DNA of 53,335 bases from Candidatus Sumerlaeota bacterium (GTDB taxonomy: Bacteria > Sumerlaeota > Sumerlaeia > SLMS01 > JAHLLQ01): contig JAJFLJ010000235.1 of assembly GCA_021772755.1 (NCBI GenBank), positions 1 to 53,335 on the forward strand. Direction: 5' to 3'. A program made the translations under genes and the position numbers. A model generated the notes under the pieces. The model searched no databases. It saw only the letters and a program-made list of their open reading frames with translations, and was not told where the DNA came from. This document shows positions 1 to 8,807 of this stretch, piece after piece; positions within the stretch are counted from its first letter, which is position 1; each line of letters opens with the position of its first letter.

Positions 1-1498
1 TTTCGAGGACGAGGGTGCGGAGGCGGTCTGGGTTGTCCAGGAGCGCGCGATAGTCGTCCGCGACTTCGTCGGCGACGGGGGGGCGTTCCAGACCGGTGGT
101 CTCGTCCGTGCGGCGCGTTCCCGCCAGCGCCGCGAGCCGCCTCATCCAGACGTCGCGGGTGTACTCCGCGTCCCAGAGAATGGCGGAACCGTCTTTCCAT
201 TCCACGAAGGATGCCCGCCGCGTCTCGACGCGGAGGCCGCTGGATTGCGGCGGCGCCAGGACCAGGCTCTCGCGCGGCGTGTTCTCGCGCACCCATTGGG
301 CGACGGCTTGTCGGTCGGCGGAAGGGGTCCATCCCTGGCGGCGCTGCATCTTGATGGCGGAGAGTCCCGTCAGGAAGAGCGCCGTTGCCACCAGCGCGGG
401 GATCGCGAGCCGGTCGGTGGCAATGCGCGGGCGCAGGAGCTCTAGCGCGAAGGGCACCAGAAGGCCGGTGGCGGCGAGCGTCCACGCCATGGGCGACCGC
501 CAAAGGCAGAGCGAGAGCAGTGTGGGGTGGGGGAAGAGCCGGGGCGCCGCCATGCCGAGCACCGTCAGCGCGGCGACGGGCAGGAATCCGGCGAGGAGCA
601 GGCGCCGTGTCCTGCCGGTCGCCGTCGCGATACACGCGACCAGCAGGACCGCTGCGATGGCGGCCCGCAGCGCGAACTGGGAGACCGCCCAGCCGGATGG
701 AAAGAGGTGATGCCCGAGGCGGTAGCGCGCAATGACGACCCACGCGGCCTTCGTTTCGGCGTCCATGCCGGTGGTGTGCAGCCAGGCGTAGAGGAAGCCG
801 CCGCCGGCGAGCGCGGCGGCGGGAAGTCCGCCGCGCAGCCAGAAGGCCCTGCCGGCCTCCGTGCGCCAGCCGAACAGCGTGCCCTCGGCGCACCAAAGAG
901 AAGCGAAGAGAAGCGCTGCGTAGCTGCCGATCATCGGGTGGATCCATGTGACCGCGCCAAACGCGACGGCCCATCCCGTCCACGAGCGCTTCAGCCAGAA
1001 CCACCATGCCCACGGCAGGACGGAGAAGGCGGCGGCGGACGTTTCCAGCGTGGTCTCCAGCATATACGTGCCGCCCCAGTGGACGACGTTGAATCCCAGA
1101 ACCACGAACGTCCCGGCGACGGCCGTCCAGGTGGCGGCGCGTTCGCCGCTCGCCAGGCACTGTCGTGCCAGTTCGCGGTACAGCAGAAAGAAGCCCGCGA
1201 CGGCGATGGCGCGAAAGGCGACGTGTCCTCCGTAGAGAAACAGGTTCAGGGGAATGCCCGCCGCCGCGAACGCCGCGATGGCTTTCCAGAAGACCGAGGG
1301 GTACTGGTCGAGCGTCGCCACGAAGGGATCGCCGGGAAAAAGCGAAGGGTCCATCGCGCGATGTACGTACGCGAGGTGCAGCGGATGGTCGCCGATGCCC
1401 GCGGCAATGCCCGTTTCGACCAGAGAGAGCACGCCCGCCAGCACCAGCAGCGCGACGGCGAGAATCCGTTCGGAGGATTTTACTTCGGCGGATGGCAC
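1..1498 (-). CDS. Polytopic membrane protein, DUF6798-like (putative GT-C-like glycosyltransferase); 3' end lies beyond the window
   Basis: Absent from the ORF track because there is no stop in the window. Manual translation of both ends from GTG 1498 (CAGGGGG upstream) gives VPSAEVKSSERILAVALLVLAGVLSLVETGIAAGIGDHPLHLAYVHRAMDPSLFPGDPFVATLDQYPSVFW, and in the same frame near 240-130 GLRVETRRASFVEWKDGSAILWDAEYTRDVWMRRL. Both segments resemble DUF6798-containing membrane proteins. Confidence 0.65.
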   Translation of the reverse strand, partial: MPSAEVKSSERILAVALLVLAGVLSLVETGIAAGIGDHPLHLAYVHRAMDPSLFPGDPFVATLDQYPSVFWKAIAAFAAAGIPLNLFLYGGHVAFRAIAVAGFFLLYRELARQCLASGERAATWTAVAGTFVVLGFNVVHWGGTYMLETTLETSAAAFSVLPWAWWFWLKRSWTGWAVAFGAVTWIHPMIGSYAALLFASLWCAEGTLFGWRTEAGRAFWLRGGLPAAALAGGGFLYAWLHTTGMDAETKAAWVVIARYRLGHHLFPSGWAVSQFALRAAIAAVLLVACIATATGRTRRLLLAGFLPVAALTVLGMAAPRLFPHPTLLSLCLWRSPMAWTLAATGLLVPFALELLRPRIATDRLAIPALVATALFLTGLSAIKMQRRQGWTPSADRQAVAQWVRENTPRESLVLAPPQSSGLRVETRRASFVEWKDGSAILWDAEYTRDVWMRRLAALAGTRRTDETTGLERPPVADEVADDYRALLDNPDRLRTLVLE

Positions 1499-1577
1499 GA
1501 GTTCGTTTGCCCCCTGGGCGAACGGGGTGAAGTGGTTCAACACTCGTTCGCCCCTCAGGCGGGACAACAGGGAACCC

Positions 1578-2423
1578 ATGATTCGTTCGCAAACGCACCT
1601 TATCCTGCGCGCCGCCGCGATGGCGCTGACCGTCGCCGTCGTCGTTTCGGCGTGCAGCAAGACCTACGAGGAGCCACCGCCCGTGGACGGCACTCCCGCA
1701 CCCGACCGCTTTCAGCTCTTTCTCCTCGCTGGCCAGTCCAACATGGCCGGCCGGGGAGAGGTCGCGCCCCAGGACCGCGAGCCGCACCCGCGCGTTTTGT
1801 CGTTGGGAAGGGAGGGCGAATGGGTTCCGGCGGTGGACCCGATCCACTTCGACAAGCCGATAGCCGGAGTTGGTTTGGGGCGCAGTTTCGGAATCGCGCT
1901 CGCGGAGAAGGATGCCTCCGTTACCATCGGCTTGGTGCCTGCTGCGGTCGGCGGGTCGGCCGTCGCCGCGTGGCAACCCGGCGGCTTTCACGCCCAAACG
2001 GGCGACTATCCCTACGACGAGGCCATCGCGCGCGCGCGCCGCGCCATGCAGGATGGCGACCTGAAGGCGATCCTCTGGCACCAGGGCGAGAGCGACGCGC
2101 CGCCCGACCGCGCGGCGGTCTACAAGGAGAACCTCAAGGCGGTGATCGCGCGTTTTCGCGAGGACCTGGGCCAGCCCGAACTGCCGTTCATCATCGGCCA
2201 GCTGGGCCGTTTCCCCGGCAAGCCCTGGACGGAGTCTGAAGAAGTCCTGGACCGCGCGCACCGCGAAATCGCGGAGGAGGATCCCCGCGTCGCGTTCGTC
2301 TCGTCGGAGGGTCTGCTGCCGATGGAGGACCAGGTCCACATCGACGCGGATTCGCAGCGCGAGTTCGGGAAGCGCTACGCCGACGCCTGGCTGGAACTCT
2401 CCGCCGCGCGGGAACGCGACTGA
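1578..2423 (+). CDS. Sialate O-acetylesterase / CE6-like SGNH carbohydrate esterase, lipoprotein
   Basis: Motifs LLAGQSNM, VGGS, ILWHQGESD and DQVH; lipobox VSA-C after a hydrophobic signal. ATG 1578 preferred over the ORF-track start at 1254. Confidence 0.88.
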   Translation: MIRSQTHLILRAAAMALTVAVVVSACSKTYEEPPPVDGTPAPDRFQLFLLAGQSNMAGRGEVAPQDREPHPRVLSLGREGEWVPAVDPIHFDKPIAGVGLGRSFGIALAEKDASVTIGLVPAAVGGSAVAAWQPGGFHAQTGDYPYDEAIARARRAMQDGDLKAILWHQGESDAPPDRAAVYKENLKAVIARFREDLGQPELPFIIGQLGRFPGKPWTESEEVLDRAHREIAEEDPRVAFVSSEGLLPMEDQVHIDADSQREFGKRYADAWLELSAARERD

Positions 2424-3094
2424 GCGGTGCGCGGGCGCCGCTTGCGGCAGATGTAGAAGATGTGCGGGTAGGGGAGAATGTCGAGCATCTGGTGCGAATG
2501 GACATCGAAGCCGGTTCTGCGCAGCAGCGCGACGAGTTTCCCGCGCGGATAGTAGTTCACCGGCGTCCGGTAGTCCATCGCCTTGTCGAGAATCCAGGTG
2601 AAGGCCATCTTCCACCAGGGCCTGTCTTCGACGTCCTTGATGAGCAGCACGCCTCCGTCGGCGAGGATGCGATGGCAGTGGAGCAGAATCCCGTCGGCCT
2701 TTCCCTTCGGGAGATGGTGCACGAGATCGAGCATGACGATGCCGTCGACGGGCCGGTCGAAGGGATAGTCGAGGACGTTCATCGCGCGGAAGTCCGTCTG
2801 TCGCGCGGTGTCCAGGCGCTCGGCGGCCTTGTTGGCGAGACCGATGCGGCGCGCGTTGAGGTCCATCGAGAGCATTCGCCGCGAACGCGAGCAGAGGGCG
2901 AAGTAGTGGCTGAAGAGTCCGAACCCGCAGCCCAGGTCCAGGATCGTGCCCTTGCGGGGCATGTACTGCTCGATCTCCTCCAGCATGCGGAGATTGATGA
3001 TCCGGAACCGGATCGTGCAGTAGGTGCGGATGATCCAGTCGTCGTAGGCGGCGATGATGCGTCTGGTGATCGGGCTGCGGGGATTGCGGTGCAC
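2375..3094 (-). CDS. Class I SAM-dependent methyltransferase
   Basis: ILDLGCGFG motif I, DLVHHL, and ILADGGVLLIKD. GTG 3094 is a guessed start. The 3' end overlaps the convergent esterase gene by 49 bp. Confidence 0.85.
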   Translation of the reverse strand: MHRNPRSPITRRIIAAYDDWIIRTYCTIRFRIINLRMLEEIEQYMPRKGTILDLGCGFGLFSHYFALCSRSRRMLSMDLNARRIGLANKAAERLDTARQTDFRAMNVLDYPFDRPVDGIVMLDLVHHLPKGKADGILLHCHRILADGGVLLIKDVEDRPWWKMAFTWILDKAMDYRTPVNYYPRGKLVALLRRTGFDVHSHQMLDILPYPHIFYICRKRRPRTAQSRSRAAESSSQASA

Positions 3095-3319
3095 GGATGA
3101 CGGACCTCGGCGAACAGCCTCGGGGCCGCCGCTCCAGGGCCAAGGCAAAAGGGCCGTTCCGCCGGGGCCCGGGGAGGGGCGGCGGGTTCATAAAGGTTTT
3201 ACCGGCGGCCCGCTCCCGCCGCCTGCTTGGAGTTGTATCGCTCCACGTTCCAGGGCAGCCTGTCCCGTGAAACTGGCGGCGCATTCCCCATCGCGGGCCG
3301 CCGGCGAAGGGATGACCCC

Positions 3320-4402
3320 ATGCGGGAGCGGACTTCACGACGAACGATGGCAGCGCTTCTCGCGGCGCTGTTCGCGCTGGCCGCGCTTCCCGCCGGCGCG
3401 CAGGTGCGGTGGTACGAGCGCCTTGAGGAGGGCGTCGCCGTTCGCAACGCCACGCGAAAGCCTGCGCTGGTCTTCTTCTACAACGGCGTCGCGCGGGACT
3501 GCCAGCGCATGCGCGAGGAAACCTTCGCCGCTCCCGGCCTGCAGGAGCTGATGGACAACTTCGTCTGTTTCGAACTCGACGCGCGCGCTCACGCCGCGCT
3601 TGTCGAGCGCTACGGCATCTTCAAGGTTCCGACGGTCCTGTTTCTCGATCCCCGCGGCACCGAAGTCGACCGCGCCGTCGGGTTCAAGCCGCCCGACGTC
3701 TTTTCCCTCTACCTCGACCGCACCAACCGGGCGTCGCTGGGCGGGGCGCCGCGGACCGAATCGACGCAGGACGCGGCGACACGCCGGCACATCGAGCGGC
3801 TTGCGGAGATCCAGCCCTTCAAGACGGCGACGGTCAACATCCTCCAACCCCGCCCGGGGACGCTCGCCATCACGCTTTCCCACAAGGCGCCTGCGGCGTC
3901 GGAGCTCTCCGTCGTCGGCGACTTCAACGACTGGCGCATCGGGGCGACGCCCATGCAGCGCGCCGTCAACGGCGACTGGTACGTGACCATCAACGTGTCC
4001 GAGGACGTCTACGAGTACAAGTACGTGGACGACGCCGGCGAGTATCACGAGGACCTGCGCAACCCGCTGAAGAAACCGAACCCCTACGGCACCAGCAATT
4101 CGGTGCTGGTGATCGGCAATCCGATGACGTCGCCGCTGATCCTCGGCGACTCCGTCACGTTCATCGTCTACCGCCCCAACGCGCGGGAAGTCGCCGTCGC
4201 GGGATCGTTCAACGACTGGCAGCCGACCCCCATGTTCCGCAAGCGCGACAACCCCGCCCTCTGGGGGTTTCGGTGCAACCTCCCCGCCGGAACCTACCAG
4301 TACAAGTACGTCATCGACGGCGAATGGATCGTCGATCCGGAGAACTACCACGTCCACACCGACGCCGGGGGGAACGTGAACAGCCTGCTGGCGGTGCGGT
4401 AG
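3320..4402 (+). CDS. Secreted thioredoxin-fold protein fused to two CBM48/AMPK-beta-type glycogen-binding domains
   Basis: Signal peptide (ALPAGA|QVRW). Trx-like segments KPALVFFY...DCQRMREETF and YGIFKVPTVLFLD. Two CBM48-like repeats: VVGDFNDW...YEYKY and VAGSFNDW...YQYKYVIDGEW...GNVNS. Confidence 0.8.
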   Translation: MRERTSRRTMAALLAALFALAALPAGAQVRWYERLEEGVAVRNATRKPALVFFYNGVARDCQRMREETFAAPGLQELMDNFVCFELDARAHAALVERYGIFKVPTVLFLDPRGTEVDRAVGFKPPDVFSLYLDRTNRASLGGAPRTESTQDAATRRHIERLAEIQPFKTATVNILQPRPGTLAITLSHKAPAASELSVVGDFNDWRIGATPMQRAVNGDWYVTINVSEDVYEYKYVDDAGEYHEDLRNPLKKPNPYGTSNSVLVIGNPMTSPLILGDSVTFIVYRPNAREVAVAGSFNDWQPTPMFRKRDNPALWGFRCNLPAGTYQYKYVIDGEWIVDPENYHVHTDAGGNVNSLLAVR

Positions 4403-4537
4403 GGGGCCGCGCATCCCGCAGAATCCCGGGATTTTCATGGACATCGGGGTCGTTTCCCCCCACTCTCGCCAACACGCGCCGTGTCCTCGCGGCGGTCCGC
4501 GACCGTTCCCAACGCCCGATCCCGGAATCCTCCGGCC

Positions 4538-5371
4538 ATGCATTTCATCTACGTCCAGCATTCCGGGAAGCCCGTCGAGAGTTCCGCGGGAAACTTCTGG
4601 GTCCAGGCGGGCGTTTCGCTTCCGGCGGAGAAGTGGAAGGCGCTCCAGCTTCGGCTGAACGGGCTCCAGCGCTCCTTCCAGAAGGACAACTACGATCCGC
4701 TGAAATCGCGCGTCGACGCCAACGACCTTCTCCACCCGCGCAACGCGGAGAAGTCCTGGACGCGGGCGTTCTGCAAGGGCTTCGAGAAGATCGTCGCGGC
4801 GCTCGAACCCAGCTTCTTTCTCGTGGTGGTCGACAAGCGCACCACCGACAAGCCGGCCCACGCCAAGTGGCTGCTTCCCCTGACATACAGCTATCTGATG
4901 AAACCGCTCTGCCAGCACCTTCGCGATGCGGACGACATCGGCTGCATCGTGGTTCCGCCCGGCCGCCCGGAGGAACTCGAGGTTCTCGTCCAGCTGCAGA
5001 CCGAAAACCTCTTCGGTTCCGGCGGCCGCAGCAGTCCGCTGGTTTCCTCGCCGATGGTCCAGAACCAGCGCGACGCGTGCGGCCTGCAGGTGGCGGACTT
5101 CATCGCGACGGCGACGCGGCGCTATCACGAGGGCGTGTACCCGAAACTCTACGCCAAGCAGACGCTGGTGGGCTACGACGCGGTAATCAACTCGCACTAC
5201 CAGGGGTTCGTGAAGCCGAACACGTTCCAGTCCTCGGCGATCGACTCGAAGGGATACAAGATCCGGGGATATATCTATCTCTGGCGGCGCGACAACCTCG
5301 GCCGTCTTCGCCTGGAGCAGCCAAGCCGCGACGAAGTTCCGATCGGAGACGTCGCCTCCGCCGGCGCCTAG
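4538..5371 (+). CDS. DUF3800-like protein (RNase H-like fold) with degenerate N-terminal motif
   Basis: N-terminal FIYVQHSG...FWVQAGV (family pattern Y-x-D-E-S-G...F-V-x-G-G) and C-terminal GLQVADFIA (Q-x-A-D signature). Confidence 0.7.
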   Translation: MHFIYVQHSGKPVESSAGNFWVQAGVSLPAEKWKALQLRLNGLQRSFQKDNYDPLKSRVDANDLLHPRNAEKSWTRAFCKGFEKIVAALEPSFFLVVVDKRTTDKPAHAKWLLPLTYSYLMKPLCQHLRDADDIGCIVVPPGRPEELEVLVQLQTENLFGSGGRSSPLVSSPMVQNQRDACGLQVADFIATATRRYHEGVYPKLYAKQTLVGYDAVINSHYQGFVKPNTFQSSAIDSKGYKIRGYIYLWRRDNLGRLRLEQPSRDEVPIGDVASAGA

Positions 5372-5380
5372 CGGCGAGAC

Positions 5381-5869
5381 CTACCCCGTTCGCTTCCACC
5401 CATGCGTCCGGAACGGCGCATACCCCATTCGCTTCCAGAACCGTTCGGCGTCCGCATTGACGGCGAGCCACGAGAGTTCGACGTGTCGGATGTCGCGGTC
5501 CGCGAACCAGTCCTCCGCGGCGCGGACCAGTGCGCGCCCCAGGCCGCGACCGCGATGCCGCTCCGCGACCCACAGAAGCGCCACGGTGCCCGTGCGGCCG
5601 GCGAGCGCCTCGGGCATGGCGCCGGACCCGATCGCCAGGCAGGCGCAGCCGATGAACTCGCCGCTCGCGGATTCCAGCACAAGCGCCCCCTGCGTGCCTC
5701 CGCCGGTGAACCGGGCCGCCCACTCGCGGAGGGGTTCGGAATCGCCGTCCGGCAGGCCTTGGACGTAAGGGTCGCTTCCCTGGCGGCGGGCGTGGAGGAC
5801 GGTTTCGACCGCCGCGCGGGCGATTCTCGGGACGTCGTCGATGGTCGCAGGGCGGATCGTCGGTTCCAT
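5381..5869 (-). CDS. GNAT-family N-acetyltransferase
   Basis: IRPATIDD N-terminus; acetyl-CoA motif LWVAERHRGRGLGRAL; C-terminal NADAERFWKRMGY. Confidence 0.88.
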   Translation of the reverse strand: MEPTIRPATIDDVPRIARAAVETVLHARRQGSDPYVQGLPDGDSEPLREWAARFTGGGTQGALVLESASGEFIGCACLAIGSGAMPEALAGRTGTVALLWVAERHRGRGLGRALVRAAEDWFADRDIRHVELSWLAVNADAERFWKRMGYAPFRTHGWKRTG

Positions 5870-5980
5870 GGCGAGACCCTTTTTCCTCCCGCAGCGGGGG
5901 TTCCACGCAATTTTTCTGTTTTCCTGGGGCCGAAGATGGGCTAGCCCTTTGATCGAGTCTGACCCCCAGGAGCACTTCCC

Positions 5981-7090
5981 ATGGCAGTTATCCGACTGGA
6001 CGACCTTCTCCAGGAGATGGTCGATCGCAAGTCGTCCGACCTGTTCATCAAGGCCGGCGTGCCCCCCCACGTTCGCGTCGATGGCGTGGTTCGCCCGCTG
6101 GACTACGCCGAAATCACCATGGAGGACGCCCAGGACATCGCCTACGGGATGATGACCGAAGACCAGATCGAGCAGTTCGAGCGCATTCCCGAGATGGATC
6201 TGGCTCTGGGCGTCAGCGGCGTGGGCCGGTTCCGCGTGAACCTCTTTCGCCAGCGCGGCACCGTCGCCATGGTGTTTCGCCACATCACGCGGCCGAACTT
6301 CAGCTTCGAGGACCTCCATCTGCCGCCGGCGGTGAAGACGCTCTCGGAGTCGCCCCGCGGTCTAGTGCTCGTCACCGGCACCACGGGCTCCGGCAAGTCC
6401 ACCTCGCTGGCCGCGATGATCAACCACATCAACGAGCACCGCCGCTGCCACATCGTCACCGTCGAGGACCCCATCGAGTTCCTCCACAACGACAAGCAGG
6501 CCATCGTCAGCCAGCGCGAAGTGGGATTCGACACCAAGACGTTCGAGGACGCGCTTCGCCACGTGCTGCGCCAGGCGCCGGACGTGATTCTGATCGGCGA
6601 AATGCGCGACCTGGAAACGGTCAAGACCTGCGTCGCCGCCGCGGAGACCGGCCACCTGGTTCTCTCCACGCTGCACACCATCAACGCCACGCAGACCGTG
6701 GAGCGCATCATCAACTTCTTCCCCGCCTACCTTCACGACCAGATTCGCATGGAACTCGCGCTCGGCCTGCAGGGCATCGTCAGCCAGCGCCTGCTTCCCC
6801 TCAAGCGCGGCCAGGGCCGCATTCCCGCGGTCGAGATTCTGATCAACACGCCGCTGCTGCGCAAACTCATCCACGAGGGGCGCACCATCGAACTGCTGCC
6901 CGCCGTCGAGGAGGGCAAGCACTGGGGCATGCAGAGCTTCAACCAGTCTCTGTTCGACCTTATCAAGACCGGCTTCATCAACTACGACGACGCGCTCACC
7001 TACGCCACAAGCCCCGAGGAACTCCGCCTCATGGTCGAGGGCATCACCTCCGGCACCAAGAAGAGCAACGAGGGCTACCTGGAGTACTGA
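5981..7090 (+). CDS. pilT: Type IV pilus retraction ATPase, PilT/PilU family
   Basis: Walker A GTTGSGKST; Asp box TVEDPIEF; Walker B LRQAPDVILIGEMRD; His box AETGHLVLSTLH; GMQSF. AGGAG RBS upstream. Confidence 0.92.
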   Translation: MAVIRLDDLLQEMVDRKSSDLFIKAGVPPHVRVDGVVRPLDYAEITMEDAQDIAYGMMTEDQIEQFERIPEMDLALGVSGVGRFRVNLFRQRGTVAMVFRHITRPNFSFEDLHLPPAVKTLSESPRGLVLVTGTTGSGKSTSLAAMINHINEHRRCHIVTVEDPIEFLHNDKQAIVSQREVGFDTKTFEDALRHVLRQAPDVILIGEMRDLETVKTCVAAAETGHLVLSTLHTINATQTVERIINFFPAYLHDQIRMELALGLQGIVSQRLLPLKRGQGRIPAVEILINTPLLRKLIHEGRTIELLPAVEEGKHWGMQSFNQSLFDLIKTGFINYDDALTYATSPEELRLMVEGITSGTKKSNEGYLEY

Positions 7091-7111
7091 GCGGTTCCAG
7101 GAACGACGGAT

Positions 7112-7159
7112 AGCATCGGCGCGGCGCGGACGACGATTCGTTCCGCGCCGTTGCTTTTT
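7112..7159 (+). terminator. Probable intrinsic terminator downstream of pilT
   Basis: GC-rich stem GCGGCGCGGA (7121-7130) / TCCGCGCCGT (7142-7151) followed by TGCTTTTT. Confidence 0.65.
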
Positions 7160-7218
7160 CGCGGCGCACAGCCTCCGGAAACACGGACCGCTCCAAGTCG
7201 GCACCGTTTCCACAACGT

Positions 7219-7258
7219 GGTCAATTCCGGCCAGCCGTCCCAGTGGCCGGAATTGACC
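7219..7258. repeat. Perfect 15-bp inverted repeat upstream of amt
   Basis: GGTCAATTCCGGCCA (7219-7233), 10-nt spacer, TGGCCGGAATTGACC (7244-7258). Confidence 0.9.
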
Positions 7259-7412
7259 GGTCGTGCCGACCCCGGAATCCAAGTCGAGCGATACCAGACT
7301 CCGATGCGTTCTCCGGGCGGTCCCGGCGGGGGAACGGAACTCGCGCAATGAGGCCACGCCCGGCATGCGGTCGCCGCGACCGCCGCCTATCCCAATGCGA
7401 GGTTTCCGAACC

Positions 7413-8798
7413 GTGATCCGTAAACGGCCGATACCAACTCTGACCGCGCTCGCCGCCTTTGCGCTGCTCGCCGCCGTCTCCTTCGCGCAGGACGTCACCG
7501 CCGCCGATATCGCGGAACTGAAGGCGATGATCGAAGAGGCGAAGACCTACGCCAACAACTCCTGGATCATGACGTCGTCCGCCATCGTCCTGATGATGAC
7601 GGCGCCGGGGCTGATCCTCTTCTACGGAGGGCTCGTTCGCGCGAAGAACGTGCTGTCGGTGATGATGCAGAGTTTCTTCTGCATGGGGCTGGTGTCGATT
7701 CTCTGGCTCGTCTACGGGTACAGCGTCGCGCTGGGCGATTCGGAAAGCCCGTACTGGGGCGGGCTCGGGAAGATGTTCCTCGCCGGGGTGTCCTCGGACA
7801 CGTCGGAGGGGCTGCCGGAAATGACGGTGATGTTCTTCCAGCTGATGTTCGCCATCATCACGCCGGCGCTGATCACCGGGGCTTTCGCCGAGCGCTTTCG
7901 CTTTCGCGCGCTCGTGCCGTTCATTCTGTTGTGGTCGACGATCGTGTACTTTCCGCTGACCAACTGGGTGTGGGGCGGCGGAATTCTCGCCGGAGGCGAA
8001 TGGTTCGGTCCGCACATCGAGGGGCTGGATTTCGCCGGCGGCACCGTCGTCCACATCAGCTCCGGCGTCTCGGCGCTCGTCTGCGCGCTGTACCTGGGAA
8101 GGCGGCGAGGCTACCCGGGCAACGAGTTCGCCCCCCATCACCTGGTGATTTCCGCGATCGGTGCGGGCCTGCTCTGGGTCGGGTGGTTCGGATTCAACGC
8201 GGGAAGCGCCCTGGCCGCCGACTCCATCGCTTCGAACGCGTTCGCCGCGACGCATTTCTCCGCCGCCGGCGCCGCCGTGTCCTGGATGGTCGCGGAGTGG
8301 ATCACGCGCGGAAAGCCAAGTCTCCTCGGCGTCATCTCCGGCGTGGTGGCGGGGCTTGTCGGAGTCACGCCCGCCGCCGGTTTCATCACGCCGGTCAGCG
8401 GCCTGATCATCGGCCTGGTGACCGGGGCGGTCTGCTTCGGGGCGGTGACGTATCTGAAGCCCGCACTGAAGGTGGACGATTCTCTCGACGTGTTCGGCAT
8501 CCACGGCCTGGGCGGAATGGTCGGCGCGCTGCTGACGGGAGTGTTCGCCACGGTGGCCGTGAACGACTTCTTCGGGGAAGGCGCGCCGGTCGGCGGGATG
8601 GACGGAAACTGGGGCCAGGTCGGCACCCAGGCACTGACGATCGTCATCACGGTTCTTCTCGCTGCCGTCGCGACGCTGGGGATTCTGCTGCTCGTGGACA
8701 AGACGATCGGAATCCGCCCGTCGGAAGAGGACGAAATGACGGGACTCGACCTGGTCGACCACGGCGAAACGGGCTACCACCGCCTGACGGCGGAGTAG
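7413..8798 (+). CDS. amt: Ammonium transporter, Amt family
   Basis: PGLILFYGGLVR, FQLMFAIITPALI, DFAGGTVVH (first pore His), LLWVGWFGFNAGS, DDSLDVFGIHG (second pore His), GLDLVDHGE. Start is GTG 7413 or ATG 7395. Confidence 0.95.
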   Translation: MIRKRPIPTLTALAAFALLAAVSFAQDVTAADIAELKAMIEEAKTYANNSWIMTSSAIVLMMTAPGLILFYGGLVRAKNVLSVMMQSFFCMGLVSILWLVYGYSVALGDSESPYWGGLGKMFLAGVSSDTSEGLPEMTVMFFQLMFAIITPALITGAFAERFRFRALVPFILLWSTIVYFPLTNWVWGGGILAGGEWFGPHIEGLDFAGGTVVHISSGVSALVCALYLGRRRGYPGNEFAPHHLVISAIGAGLLWVGWFGFNAGSALAADSIASNAFAATHFSAAGAAVSWMVAEWITRGKPSLLGVISGVVAGLVGVTPAAGFITPVSGLIIGLVTGAVCFGAVTYLKPALKVDDSLDVFGIHGLGGMVGALLTGVFATVAVNDFFGEGAPVGGMDGNWGQVGTQALTIVITVLLAAVATLGILLLVDKTIGIRPSEEDEMTGLDLVDHGETGYHRLTAE

Positions 8799-8807
8799 CG
8801 CGCGCGT

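Noticed and set aside
96-1577. Plus-strand ORFs at 96-710, 527-2239 and the 1254 extension
   Set aside because: The coding strand here is minus (membrane protein). The plus-strand translations lack motifs.
3178-3223. GGCGGCGGG...CCCGCCGCC inverted repeat around an AT-rich core
   Set aside because: A 9-bp all-GC stem is expected by chance in this composition. Probably just a divergent promoter region.
7290-7350. Glutamine (glnA) riboswitch upstream of amt
   Set aside because: A CGTT...AACG stem is present, but the conserved GGAAGUA/GAAG E-loop core was not found.
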